UHGV virus genome: UHGV-0392283
DNA length: 37,163 bases
Source: a virus
Reading direction: 5' to 3' (one strand)
The first letter of the stretch is position 1; each line of letters begins with the position of its first letter. The position numbers and the translations under genes are program-made. The notes beneath the pieces are model-generated. The model was not told the origin of the DNA. It saw only the letters and a program-made list of their open reading frames with translations, and searched no databases. Positions 1 to 7,408 of the stretch are shown here, one piece after another.

Positions 1-664
1 TTATTTTTTCTTTTTCATTTTCACTTTCTATTAAAAGCATTTCTATCTCTTTTAAAATTTCATCTTCTCTTGTCATTGTAATATTGTTTTCTAGATATTC
101 TTTATTTAACGCTGCAATTTTTTCTCCAATATATAAATATCTCTCTTTTATAGAATAAAAAATATATAATTCCTCATATATATCTATATCTTTCCAATTT
201 TTAATTATATTCATTAATCCTGGGAATTTTTTATCAAGCCTATCCCTCTTTATTAATTTTTTTTGTTGTCTTAATATATCCTCTATATCTTTATCTTCAT
301 ATATTCCAAAATGTTTATTACAATCTCTTCCTATATCAATTTTTTCTCCAGTAATCTTATTGTGAATTGTACATACAAATTTCAATGCATGGTTACATAT
401 ATAACATACCTTATTGTCTGACTCTTCATAATTTTTAACATCTTCTTTTATTGAGCCTGTCCATTCTCTAAATGCTTGACTTCTTACTGTTAAATACATA
501 TTTTCAAAAAACCTAGCATGTTCATCTGAAAGATCTTTCAAATCTTCTAAATGTATATCTGGATGATTTTCAATTACATCTATTAATATTGGATAATCTT
601 TAGTTACATTACAAAGCTTTAATAATCTTAAATCTTTTTCATGAATAGCTTTTCCCAAAAGCAT
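1..664 (-). CDS. Hypothetical Cys-rich protein, 3' end runs off the window start. Start is ATG at 664 or in-frame TTG at 658.
   Basis: Manual translation gives an open frame from 664 to position 1 (MLLGKAIHEKDLRLLKLCNVTKDYPILIDV...CYICNHALKFVCTIHNKITGEKIDIGRDCNKHFG...). GGAG RBS at 667-670. Absent from the ORF track, probably because it touches the edge. Confidence 0.45.
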   Translation of the reverse strand, partial: MLLGKAIHEKDLRLLKLCNVTKDYPILIDVIENHPDIHLEDLKDLSDEHARFFENMYLTVRSQAFREWTGSIKEDVKNYEESDNKVCYICNHALKFVCTIHNKITGEKIDIGRDCNKHFGIYEDKDIEDILRQQKKLIKRDRLDKKFPGLMNIIKNWKDIDIYEELYIFYSIKERYLYIGEKIAALNKEYLENNITMTREDEILKEIEMLLIESENEKEKI

Positions 665-800
665 CACTCCTTTAATATTTATATATTAAAATTATACCAT
701 AGTTAAAATTTATTATCTTAATATCTAAGATTTATATATACACTTAGGTATAAAGTTACTATCCTTATAAAGACTGTTTGTAATAGTCATACCTTGATCG

Positions 801-1199
801 TTAAAAATTATTGTTTGTTAAATCATTTAAACTTACTTCTTCTGTGTCATCTTCTAATTTTAATTCTAAATCTGGTACTTCTCCTAAATCATGATTATGA
901 TTTATTTTTGAATTAATATCATCAATTTTCTTTAATGTTTTTTCTAAAGAATCTGATATACCATTTTGCAATTCTTCTAGCAATTGGATAATCTCTTTGA
1001 AGTTTGAATTATTTCTATATTTATCATTTAACTCAATAAATATTTGATATATTCTTAAATTAGTAGATATAGATTTTTTCACAAAACTACTAACGCTTAT
1101 ATTTAATCCTTTAGCAACTTTACTTACTAATTCTTTTTCTTCTTTAGTACACCTAAATCTTATTTCTTCTGTTTTTTTCTCATAATTGTTTTCAAACAT
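801..1199 (-). CDS. MobC-like ribbon-helix-helix DNA-binding protein (mobilisation accessory or regulator)
   Basis: N-terminal IRFRCTKEEKELVSKVAKGLNISVSSFVKKS resembles the MobC/RHH motif (R.R.T.EE...L...A...G.S.S...R). No relaxase gene is visible in the window. Confidence 0.5.
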   Translation of the reverse strand: MFENNYEKKTEEIRFRCTKEEKELVSKVAKGLNISVSSFVKKSISTNLRIYQIFIELNDKYRNNSNFKEIIQLLEELQNGISDSLEKTLKKIDDINSKINHNHDLGEVPDLELKLEDDTEEVSLNDLTNNNF

Positions 1200-1242
1200 T
1201 TTTACTTTCTCCTAAAATTCTCATAAACCATATTTTTACATT

Positions 1243-1266
1243 ATGTAGTTACAATTTGTAGTTACA
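1243..1266. promoter_or_regulatory. Tandem TGTAGTTACA direct repeat (two copies, 14-bp period) upstream of the RHH gene. Candidate operator or oriT-proximal site.
   Basis: atgTAGTTACAattTGTAGTTACAgta. Each copy is itself TGTA-N2-TACA dyad-like. RHH proteins typically bind tandem repeats. Confidence 0.3.
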
Positions 1267-1419
1267 GTATTCTCTCTCACTTACATTTATTTTATTATAA
1301 AATGCTGAACTATATAAAGCATGTTTTAAATCGCCAGAGATTAGTAGTTAAAATTTAATTTTATTACTTTTTACTTTACTTTTATTATTATTTCAATCAT
1401 CATTTTACAAATGTAATTT

Positions 1420-1743
1420 CTAATATTTATTAGTTTTTAAATTTATATATCCTATAAAGCTTAATAACATGCTTGGTATAAGAAATACTATTAATATAAA
1501 CATCGGGAATAATCCAGCAAGTAAATAAAAAATAATCGCTATTAATACAAAATTATATTTATTTTTAAAACATCCAATTAAATTAAATATTAATGCAAAA
1601 ATTACTAATATTATATGTGGAATAAAAAAATTTACTATAAGCATATCTATAGGTGGCTTTAATATAAATATTATTAATACTATTAAGTATACAATGTTTA
1701 AAATAGATGCTATTAAGATCTCTTTTGCTTTTTTTATCTCCAT
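1420..1743 (-). CDS. Small polytopic membrane protein
   Basis: 107 aa, almost entirely hydrophobic helices (ILIASILNIVYLIVLIIFILKPP...). Confidence 0.45.
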   Translation of the reverse strand: MEIKKAKEILIASILNIVYLIVLIIFILKPPIDMLIVNFFIPHIILVIFALIFNLIGCFKNKYNFVLIAIIFYLLAGLFPMFILIVFLIPSMLLSFIGYINLKTNKY

Positions 1744-1750
1744 TATATAT

Positions 1751-2593
1751 TTACTGCTCCCATCCTAATAATTGTTTTTCTAATTCATTCATATCTTGAT
1801 CTCTTTGTGTAAAGTTTGCATGATTATTTATTTTTTTATTATCTATGTTAATATTAACTTCCTTAGTCTTGTCCATATCATTTAAAGTTGCAAGAAGATA
1901 ACCTTTATAGTTTTTAATTTTAGTATCTGTAGCACTAGCAGCTAATATTGCTTTAGCTATTTTATTAAAATCATATATAGTTAGTAAATCCTTAATATCA
2001 TTTTTCTTTAATTTAAACTTATTATTCTGGCATATTTGTAAAAGCTTAATAACTTCTTTCTTTCTTTCTTCTTCCTCATCTTCGTTAGAAGAAGAAGATA
2101 TATTATTATTTAACTCAGTATTATTAATATTAGTATTATTAGAGTGTGATTTTAACACTTCTAGAGATGTGATTTTCACACTTCTAGAAATGTGATTTTC
2201 ACACTTCTGTTGGTATGACTGGTTTTCAAGCTCTTTTTCAATTTCAATTTGTAATAGGTAATGCCAAGAAGGTTTACCTTGACCTTTCTGTTGTGAAATT
2301 AATAAATCAAACTTTCTTAATTCTTTTAGTTGTTTTACGACCTTTTGGTTTCCCCAGCCTGTAAGATCCATTAAGTTTTCTATTGTTGCTATGAAATAAA
2401 CTCTATTACATTCATCTATCCAACCATTAGAGATTGATAGGCTATTTCTATCAGCTAGTATTGCATAAAGTAGTTTTGAATCAGAACTCATACTATAATA
2501 TTTGGAATTTTTATTCATGAATTGTTTTGGGACTTGAAAGAATTGTTTTCTATTTTCTGTTTCTAATGTGAAAAATCTATTATTTGATTGCAT
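1751..2593 (-). CDS. repA: Plasmid replication initiator, RepA_N family
   Basis: FFQVPKQFM...SDSKLLYAILADRNSLSISNGWIDECNRVYFIATIENLMDLTGWGNQKVVKQLKELRKFDLLISQQKGQGKPSWHY matches the RepA_N pattern of Firmicutes theta plasmids. GGAGG RBS 9 nt before ATG 2593. Iterons lie within the gene. Confidence 0.65.
   Translation of the reverse strand: MQSNNRFFTLETENRKQFFQVPKQFMNKNSKYYSMSSDSKLLYAILADRNSLSISNGWIDECNRVYFIATIENLMDLTGWGNQKVVKQLKELRKFDLLISQQKGQGKPSWHYLLQIEIEKELENQSYQQKCENHISRSVKITSLEVLKSHSNNTNINNTELNNNISSSSNEDEEEERKKEVIKLLQICQNNKFKLKKNDIKDLLTIYDFNKIAKAILAASATDTKIKNYKGYLLATLNDMDKTKEVNINIDNKKINNHANFTQRDQDMNELEKQLLGWEQ
2145..2213. repeat. Three tandem 23-bp iterons (TGTGATTTTcACACTTCTAGAaA) inside repA
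   Basis: Units at 2145-2167, 2168-2190 and 2191-2213. Units 1 and 2 differ at 3 of 23 positions (2154, 2155, 2166); the first 17 bp of unit 3 (2191-2207) are identical to unit 2 and its last 6 bp diverge. Each unit contains a GTGAttTTCAC dyad. Encodes the repetitive HISRSVKITSLEVLKSHS peptide. Confidence 0.55.
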
Positions 2594-2711
2594 AAAAATA
2601 TACCTCCTAATTTAGGAATAATTAAAAAACATTACACCTATCCTTAATTAGAAAGTATCTATATGATTAAAAAATAAAAATATTGTTGTTAAATATTTTA
2701 TTGCTTTTTTT

Positions 2712-2741
2712 TTGCATATGCATTATAATAAATCATATAAT
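2712..2741 (+). promoter_or_regulatory. Near-consensus sigma-A promoter (TTGCAT-18 bp-TATAAT) divergent from repA
   Basis: -35 TTGCAT at 2712-2717, -10 TATAAT at 2736-2741. A 12-bp perfect hairpin lies ~45 bp downstream. Confidence 0.35.
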
Positions 2742-2783
2742 ATTAATGCAAATATTTTAGAGATACTTTCTCTAGGTTGTGAG

Positions 2784-2829
2784 CCTATTAAATTCAAAGT
2801 TTGGTCGCCGAGAATTTAATAGGTTTTTT
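2784..2829 (+). terminator. 12-bp perfect inverted repeat (CCTATTAAATTC...GAATTTAATAGG) followed by a T6 run. Terminator-like, possibly ending a ~80-nt sRNA.
   Basis: Stem 2784-2795 pairs with 2811-2822; loop aaagtttggtcgccga; then TTTTTTG. Confidence 0.35.
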
Positions 2830-2904
2830 GCTATTTAATTAATCCGTTTTCAAAAATTTGTTGTTTTCATTATACTATAATTAGTAAGATTTTGTCTACT
2901 AAAG

Positions 2905-2957
2905 TTATCCACAGTAGGATAAATTTTAGATAATAATGTAGAATTTGTTGTGGATAA
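2905..2957. promoter_or_regulatory. Two consensus DnaA boxes in inverted orientation (TTATCCACA at 2905-2913, TGTGGATAA at 2949-2957). Candidate oriV element.
   Basis: Exact 9-mer matches to the DnaA box consensus, in the AT-rich region between repA and the par locus. Confidence 0.4.
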
Positions 2958-3004
2958 GTCTATTTGAAAGGAAGGTTTTAAGAATCTTCCTTTTTTTATA
3001 TTCA

Positions 3005-3190
3005 CTACAATTGAAATTATAACACTTTAACATTGAGATTACAATGTTATTTTATCTGACCATAACTCAATAAAGAAATATATTGAAAATTCAATGTTTT
3101 AATGTTGAAAAAACAATTTATAAATGTTATAATTAGTATATAACGAAGTTTAAATTGAAATTACAATGTTATTATATTGAAATATAAATA
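3005..3190. repeat. parC-like centromere repeat array upstream of parM
   Basis: Multiple copies of ATTGAAAtT and ACAATGTTAT with inverted AACATTG partners (3011-3054, 3082-3110, 3122-3130, 3154-3185), immediately 5' of the actin-like ATPase gene. Confidence 0.5.
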
Positions 3191-3204
3191 AAGGAGATGT
3201 TTTT

Positions 3205-4113
3205 ATGGCACAAATAATAGGATTAGACATAGGTAGGGGTTACGTAAAGGGATATTCAGAAGTAAATGGATTAACTAAGGAATGCATGTTTAAATCAATT
3301 ATTGGAGAAGGTAGAGAATTAAATTTTAAGGATTATGAAAATCCAATAATGATTAATTATGAAGGTGAAGATTGGTTTGTAGGACTTTTAGCAGAAGAAG
3401 AAAGTCAAACTCCTATAAGAAATAGTAAAGATAGTAAAACTACTACTACAGCTCAGACATTATTAGCTGCTGCACTAAGTCAATTAGCAGTTGAAGAAGA
3501 AGTTAAGATCTTTCTAGGAGTTCCTTACAAATCATTTAGAAAATCAGTTAGGGAAGATGTAATAGCAACATACAAAGGTAAATCAATTAAAGTTAAAGAT
3601 AGGATAAATGGTGGAATTAAAGAAGTAAAGATATCTGATATAAATATTCTTAGAGAAGGTGATGCTGCTTTATATTGGCAAATAAAAGGGAAAAACTGTA
3701 ATGAGAAACCAGTTGGACTTGTTTCTATAGGTTTTAGAACTACTGAAATGTCTTATTTTGATAAGGGATTAAAATTTAATGATAAAAAATCTGATACAAT
3801 AGAATTCGGAAATAGATCAGTAATGAATAATGTTAAAGATAAATTACTTAATATGGACATAATAAAAGATATAAATGAAATAGATACTAGTAATGATTAT
3901 GATGATATGAAGAAAAAAGCTTATAAAATAGCATCTGAAAACATTGAGCAACAAATAGAAGATAAATGGGTTAATTTATCTGAGATGGATATATATATAG
4001 CAGGTGGTACAGCATTAAATATGAGTTTTGATAATAATTTTAAAGTTATTGAGGATGCTCAAATGGCTACAGCTAAAGGATTATGGTTAGTTGGAAATGT
4101 AGCTTTTAAGTAG
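3205..4113 (+). CDS. parM: Actin-like plasmid segregation ATPase (ParM/Alp family)
   Basis: N-terminal IIGLDIGRGYVKGY phosphate-1-like motif. ~300 aa. Followed by a small RHH gene and preceded by the repeat array. RBS AAAGGAG. Confidence 0.65.
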   Translation: MAQIIGLDIGRGYVKGYSEVNGLTKECMFKSIIGEGRELNFKDYENPIMINYEGEDWFVGLLAEEESQTPIRNSKDSKTTTTAQTLLAAALSQLAVEEEVKIFLGVPYKSFRKSVREDVIATYKGKSIKVKDRINGGIKEVKISDINILREGDAALYWQIKGKNCNEKPVGLVSIGFRTTEMSYFDKGLKFNDKKSDTIEFGNRSVMNNVKDKLLNMDIIKDINEIDTSNDYDDMKKKAYKIASENIEQQIEDKWVNLSEMDIYIAGGTALNMSFDNNFKVIEDAQMATAKGLWLVGNVAFK

Positions 4114-4124
4114 GAGTGATATAA

Positions 4125-4418
4125 ATGAAAAAAAGCAGAACTTTTAGTTTAGAAGAAGATGTTTTAGAAAAGATAGAAGAATATCAAAAGTCTAAAAACC
4201 TAAGTAGTGCAAGTGCTGCATTAGAAAGAATAATTTTAATAGAACTTGCTAAAAGAGATGATATAGAACAAATAACAGAGAAGATGAAAGAGTTATTAAA
4301 GAATGTTAAAGCTACTGAAATAACTGAGGAAATTGTTTTAGATAAAAATGAAGATAATAATATAAACCCTGACATAGATAGCTCTATAATGAATTCATTT
4401 GCTAATATGCCAGATTAG
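4125..4418 (+). CDS. parR: ParR-like ribbon-helix-helix centromere-binding adaptor
   Basis: 97 aa. N-terminal RTFSLEEDVLEKIEEYQKSKNLSSASAALERIIL has RHH character. Lies immediately downstream of parM. Confidence 0.5.
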   Translation: MKKSRTFSLEEDVLEKIEEYQKSKNLSSASAALERIILIELAKRDDIEQITEKMKELLKNVKATEITEEIVLDKNEDNNINPDIDSSIMNSFANMPD

Positions 4419-4454
4419 TAATTCTAGTAATAGTAGTATTACTTTAAAAATATT

Positions 4455-4703
4455 ATGTTTAAAGGAGAATTTATGAGTAAGATTTTTAAAAATGAAAATA
4501 AAAGATATGAACTTGATGGTACTGTTCTTTCAAGTGGAGATCCAGTATTATTAAACTTAGGAACTGAAGATGAACCACAATGGGTTCGAGGAAGAATAGA
4601 GCATGATGGAGATGATTATTACTTCTTAGCTAGAAGTGAAAAACATATTAGTTTAACAGATGGTGATGAAGTTAAAATCATTGAAGTAGAAACTTGCTGG
4701 TAA
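4455..4703 (+). CDS. Small conserved hypothetical protein (possibly a DUF5348-like fold)
   Basis: 82 aa, YELDGTVLSSGDPV...WVRGRIEHDGDDYYF. RBS AAAGGAG. Confidence 0.45.
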   Translation: MFKGEFMSKIFKNENKRYELDGTVLSSGDPVLLNLGTEDEPQWVRGRIEHDGDDYYFLARSEKHISLTDGDEVKIIEVETCW

Positions 4704-4799
4704 TTAATTTAAAGGCTAGGCTTAATGCTTAGTCTTTTTATTGCTTTATAGTGGAAATTATTGTAAAGTAATACTAGGTGATACTTGTAATTAAGGGGT

Positions 4800-5255
4800 G
4801 TGAGTAATGTGAATAATGTGGACAAGTCTTTAGTTGAACAAATTAATAATTCTCTTGTACTTGAGGGAAAGAGTATTAATCAAATAGCAAAGATGTTAAA
4901 AGTAAAAAGAAGTGAAATTTTTGATATTATGAAGCAAAATGGATTTACATATGATAAAGAACAAGGCTTCTTTGTAAAGATTAATGAGGAATCCTTAATT
5001 AAAAGAATAGAAAAAATTGAGAAAAAACAAAAAGAACAAGAAGAAATAATACTAGAATTACTTAGTAATACTAAGCAAAAAAATGAGTTGAAAATTGATA
5101 ATGATATTTTAAATGGAAAAATTATAGGACGTAGTTTTAAACTTTATGAAAATACATCAAAAAAGTTTACTGAGTTTTGCAAAAATCATCCTGAGTTAAA
5201 AATGCAAGAAATTATTACAGTTGCTTTGGAGAAATATATGGAAGATAATAAATAA
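4800..5255 (+). CDS. Putative DNA-binding protein (N-terminal HTH, C-terminal RHH-like). True start may be GTG at 4809 or 4818.
   Basis: KSINQIAKMLKVKRSEIFDIMKQNGF is HTH-like. C-terminal RSFKLYENTSKKFTEF...IITVALEKYM is RHH-like. Confidence 0.4.
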   Translation: MSNVNNVDKSLVEQINNSLVLEGKSINQIAKMLKVKRSEIFDIMKQNGFTYDKEQGFFVKINEESLIKRIEKIEKKQKEQEEIILELLSNTKQKNELKIDNDILNGKIIGRSFKLYENTSKKFTEFCKNHPELKMQEIITVALEKYMEDNK

Positions 5256-5329
5256 ATTAAATCTTTAGCATTAAATAGATAATTAATATATAATTTTAAT
5301 TATAAATAAAAAGAAAAGAGTTGATACAT

Positions 5330-6004
5330 ATGAAAAAGAAATTAATAGCTAGTTTAATAATAGGAACTTTTCTAATTTCTGGTTTAGCTTTTATAGGATG
5401 TAATAAACCTGATAGCTCAACAGCTCAAACTAATACTGAATCAGATAGTAATTCAAAAAAAGATTCAACAACAGAAGATAATAAAATAGATAGTGATCAA
5501 AATAAACAGGAGTCTTCTAAAGATTCAAATAAAGAAAATAGTTCGTCATCAGAAACATCTAAAAAGGATAATGAAAATGCGGAGACTTCTAAAGATTTAA
5601 AAAAAGCAAATGATTCTGCTATCTCAAAAGAAAAATCTAATAAAGAAGATAATTCTTCTAAAAAAACAGAGTCAACTTCAAATGATGAAAATAAAACTAA
5701 TAAAAATTCAAATAGTGATTCTGAAGAAAAAAATTTAAAATATGAATATGAAGAAGCAGATAAACAATTAAATGAACTTTGGGGTCAAATAGTAAGTTAT
5801 GGTGCAGATTATCCAGATTTAATTAAAAGTCAAAAAAAATGGATAAAATATAAAGATAGTAAAGATTTGGCTACAAAAACAAAATTAACACAAGAGAGAA
5901 TAACAACATTACAAAAATGGTTTGCTTATCAGATGAGGATACAAGGCGAGAAGGGGTATCAATTTGCTCAAACTCATAAATGTCCAAGCTTAGATTGGGA
6001 ATAA
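5330..6004 (+). CDS. Lipoprotein with a Ser/Asp/Lys-rich linker and a C-terminal DUF1311 (LprI-like) domain
   Basis: Signal peptide plus lipobox (LISGLAFIGC). C-terminal ADKQLNELWGQIVS...QKKWIKYKDSKDL fits the DUF1311 motif. ATG 5330 is preferred over the track's TTG 5321. Confidence 0.5.
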   Translation: MKKKLIASLIIGTFLISGLAFIGCNKPDSSTAQTNTESDSNSKKDSTTEDNKIDSDQNKQESSKDSNKENSSSSETSKKDNENAETSKDLKKANDSAISKEKSNKEDNSSKKTESTSNDENKTNKNSNSDSEEKNLKYEYEEADKQLNELWGQIVSYGADYPDLIKSQKKWIKYKDSKDLATKTKLTQERITTLQKWFAYQMRIQGEKGYQFAQTHKCPSLDWE

Positions 6005-6120
6005 AGTATATATAATTTATATATTTAGATTTTATTGGAAAATATGTTTAAATTTACAGAATATGTCTATAATTTAAATGACATTTATAGAAAATTTCCT
6101 TATATATTTTTTAAAGTTTA

Positions 6121-6150
6121 AGCTACACAATTTAAGTGTAGCTCTTTTTT
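6121..6150. terminator. Bidirectional rho-independent terminator (AGCTACAC aatttaa GTGTAGCT followed by T7)
   Basis: 8-bp perfect stem followed by a T-run on the plus strand and preceded by an A-run. Sits between convergent ORFs. Confidence 0.55.
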
Positions 6151-6154
6151 TATT

Positions 6155-6319
6155 TTATAATCTTTTATATAAATCAAAATTTTCATCAATTTCTTTATCT
6201 ATCTCTTTATCTGTAAATTTTCTAGTTTTATCTAATTCTCTTTGAATTTGAAAGTTATATTTGTAACCATACTTTTTTATGAATTCTAATACATCATCTA
6301 AGCATATTTCTTTATTCAT
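6155..6319 (-). CDS. Small hypothetical ORF (54 aa)
   Basis: Manual translation MNKEICLDDVLEFIKKYGYKYNFQIQRELDKTRKFTDKEIDKEIDENFDLYKRL*. Weak RBS. Below the ORF-track size cut-off. Confidence 0.25.
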   Translation of the reverse strand: MNKEICLDDVLEFIKKYGYKYNFQIQRELDKTRKFTDKEIDKEIDENFDLYKRL

Positions 6320-6417
6320 AATATTATTTTAATATATAAATTCACAAAATATACAAAAAAAGTTAATATGTGATATAATCAAATTGTTAATATTATATTA
6401 AAAAAGGAGTATTAAAA

Positions 6418-7317
6418 ATGAATAAAGGAATATTAAAAGTAATAGGAATCATTTTATTAGTAGCTGGTATATCTTTAACTGTAATATCATCTGTAACTCT
6501 ATATAACAATAGAGAGCTGAAATACGAATTAAAAGATAATTTAGAAAATACATTAGAAGATAACTTTAATGCTGCTACTCATAATTTTATTGAAAGAGAT
6601 GAAAGTAAATATGATGATGCTAAAAATATGTTAGGAATGGGAGTAGGTTCTTCTATTCTTGGAATAATATTATTAGCTTTTAGTAAAAAAAGAGTGAATA
6701 TATCAGAAAACGAGAGTGAAGAAATTGAATACATAGATGATAATTTAATTACTAGCAATGAAATTGCAGATATATTAAATAAATCAAAAAAAATGTTAGA
6801 TTTAGATATAATAAATAAAAATGATTTTGAAAATAAAAAAAATGAAATAAAGCTAATGCTAAGTAATAAATCAATTATTTCAACACCAGAAGAATTTGTT
6901 TTAGAATTAAATGACTTATTAGAAGATGGAATATTTGATAATACTGAGTTAAAGAAAGTAATAATATTATTAAAGAATAACAAAGCAAAATTAGTTAAAA
7001 AACCAATAAATAAAATAAAAAAGAAAACTTTATTTTATGAAATAGAAAAGAAAATTGCTTTTACTAATTTTGGGTGTAAAATAAGAAGAAAATATGAGAA
7101 ATATGATTATAAAGATAGTGCATTATTAAGTTTGTTATCTGAACATACACAACTTATATTGATACCATTAATTTTATTAGTAATAATAGATTTTGCACAA
7201 AGAACAGTATTACCAACATCTAAAATCTTTTTTGTTTTAGTAAATTTAATATTAATATTAATTTATTTATTTTTAGAAAGTAAAAAAATATTTATTTTAA
7301 ATGATTATTCCGAATAA
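6418..7317 (+). CDS. Membrane protein with two SHOCT-like motifs
   Basis: N- and C-terminal transmembrane helices. Repeated DIINKNDFENKKNEIKLML and LLEDGIFDNTELKKVIILL segments. RBS AAAGGAG. Confidence 0.45.
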   Translation: MNKGILKVIGIILLVAGISLTVISSVTLYNNRELKYELKDNLENTLEDNFNAATHNFIERDESKYDDAKNMLGMGVGSSILGIILLAFSKKRVNISENESEEIEYIDDNLITSNEIADILNKSKKMLDLDIINKNDFENKKNEIKLMLSNKSIISTPEEFVLELNDLLEDGIFDNTELKKVIILLKNNKAKLVKKPINKIKKKTLFYEIEKKIAFTNFGCKIRRKYEKYDYKDSALLSLLSEHTQLILIPLILLVIIDFAQRTVLPTSKIFFVLVNLILILIYLFLESKKIFILNDYSE

Positions 7318-7384
7318 ATTTGCTAATTTGATTTATTTAATAATATTACTTGGGATTAAGATTTCCACGCAAAGGCAAAAAAAT

Positions 7385-7408
7385 AGGTTAGGATTTTATT
7401 CCTAACCT
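7385..7408 (-). terminator. Rho-independent terminator abutting the tape-measure stop codon
   Basis: AGGTTAGG / CCTAACCT 8-bp stem with loop attttatt, followed on the minus strand by a U-run (atttttttgcc). Confidence 0.5.

Noticed and set aside
4184-4375. Minus-strand 63-aa ORF inside parR
   Set aside because: Antisense to parR, no RBS, hydrophobic low-complexity product.
6579-6983. Minus-strand 134-aa ORF inside the 6418..7317 gene
   Set aside because: Antisense to a gene that has an RBS and membrane topology. Ser/Phe/Ile-rich artefact.
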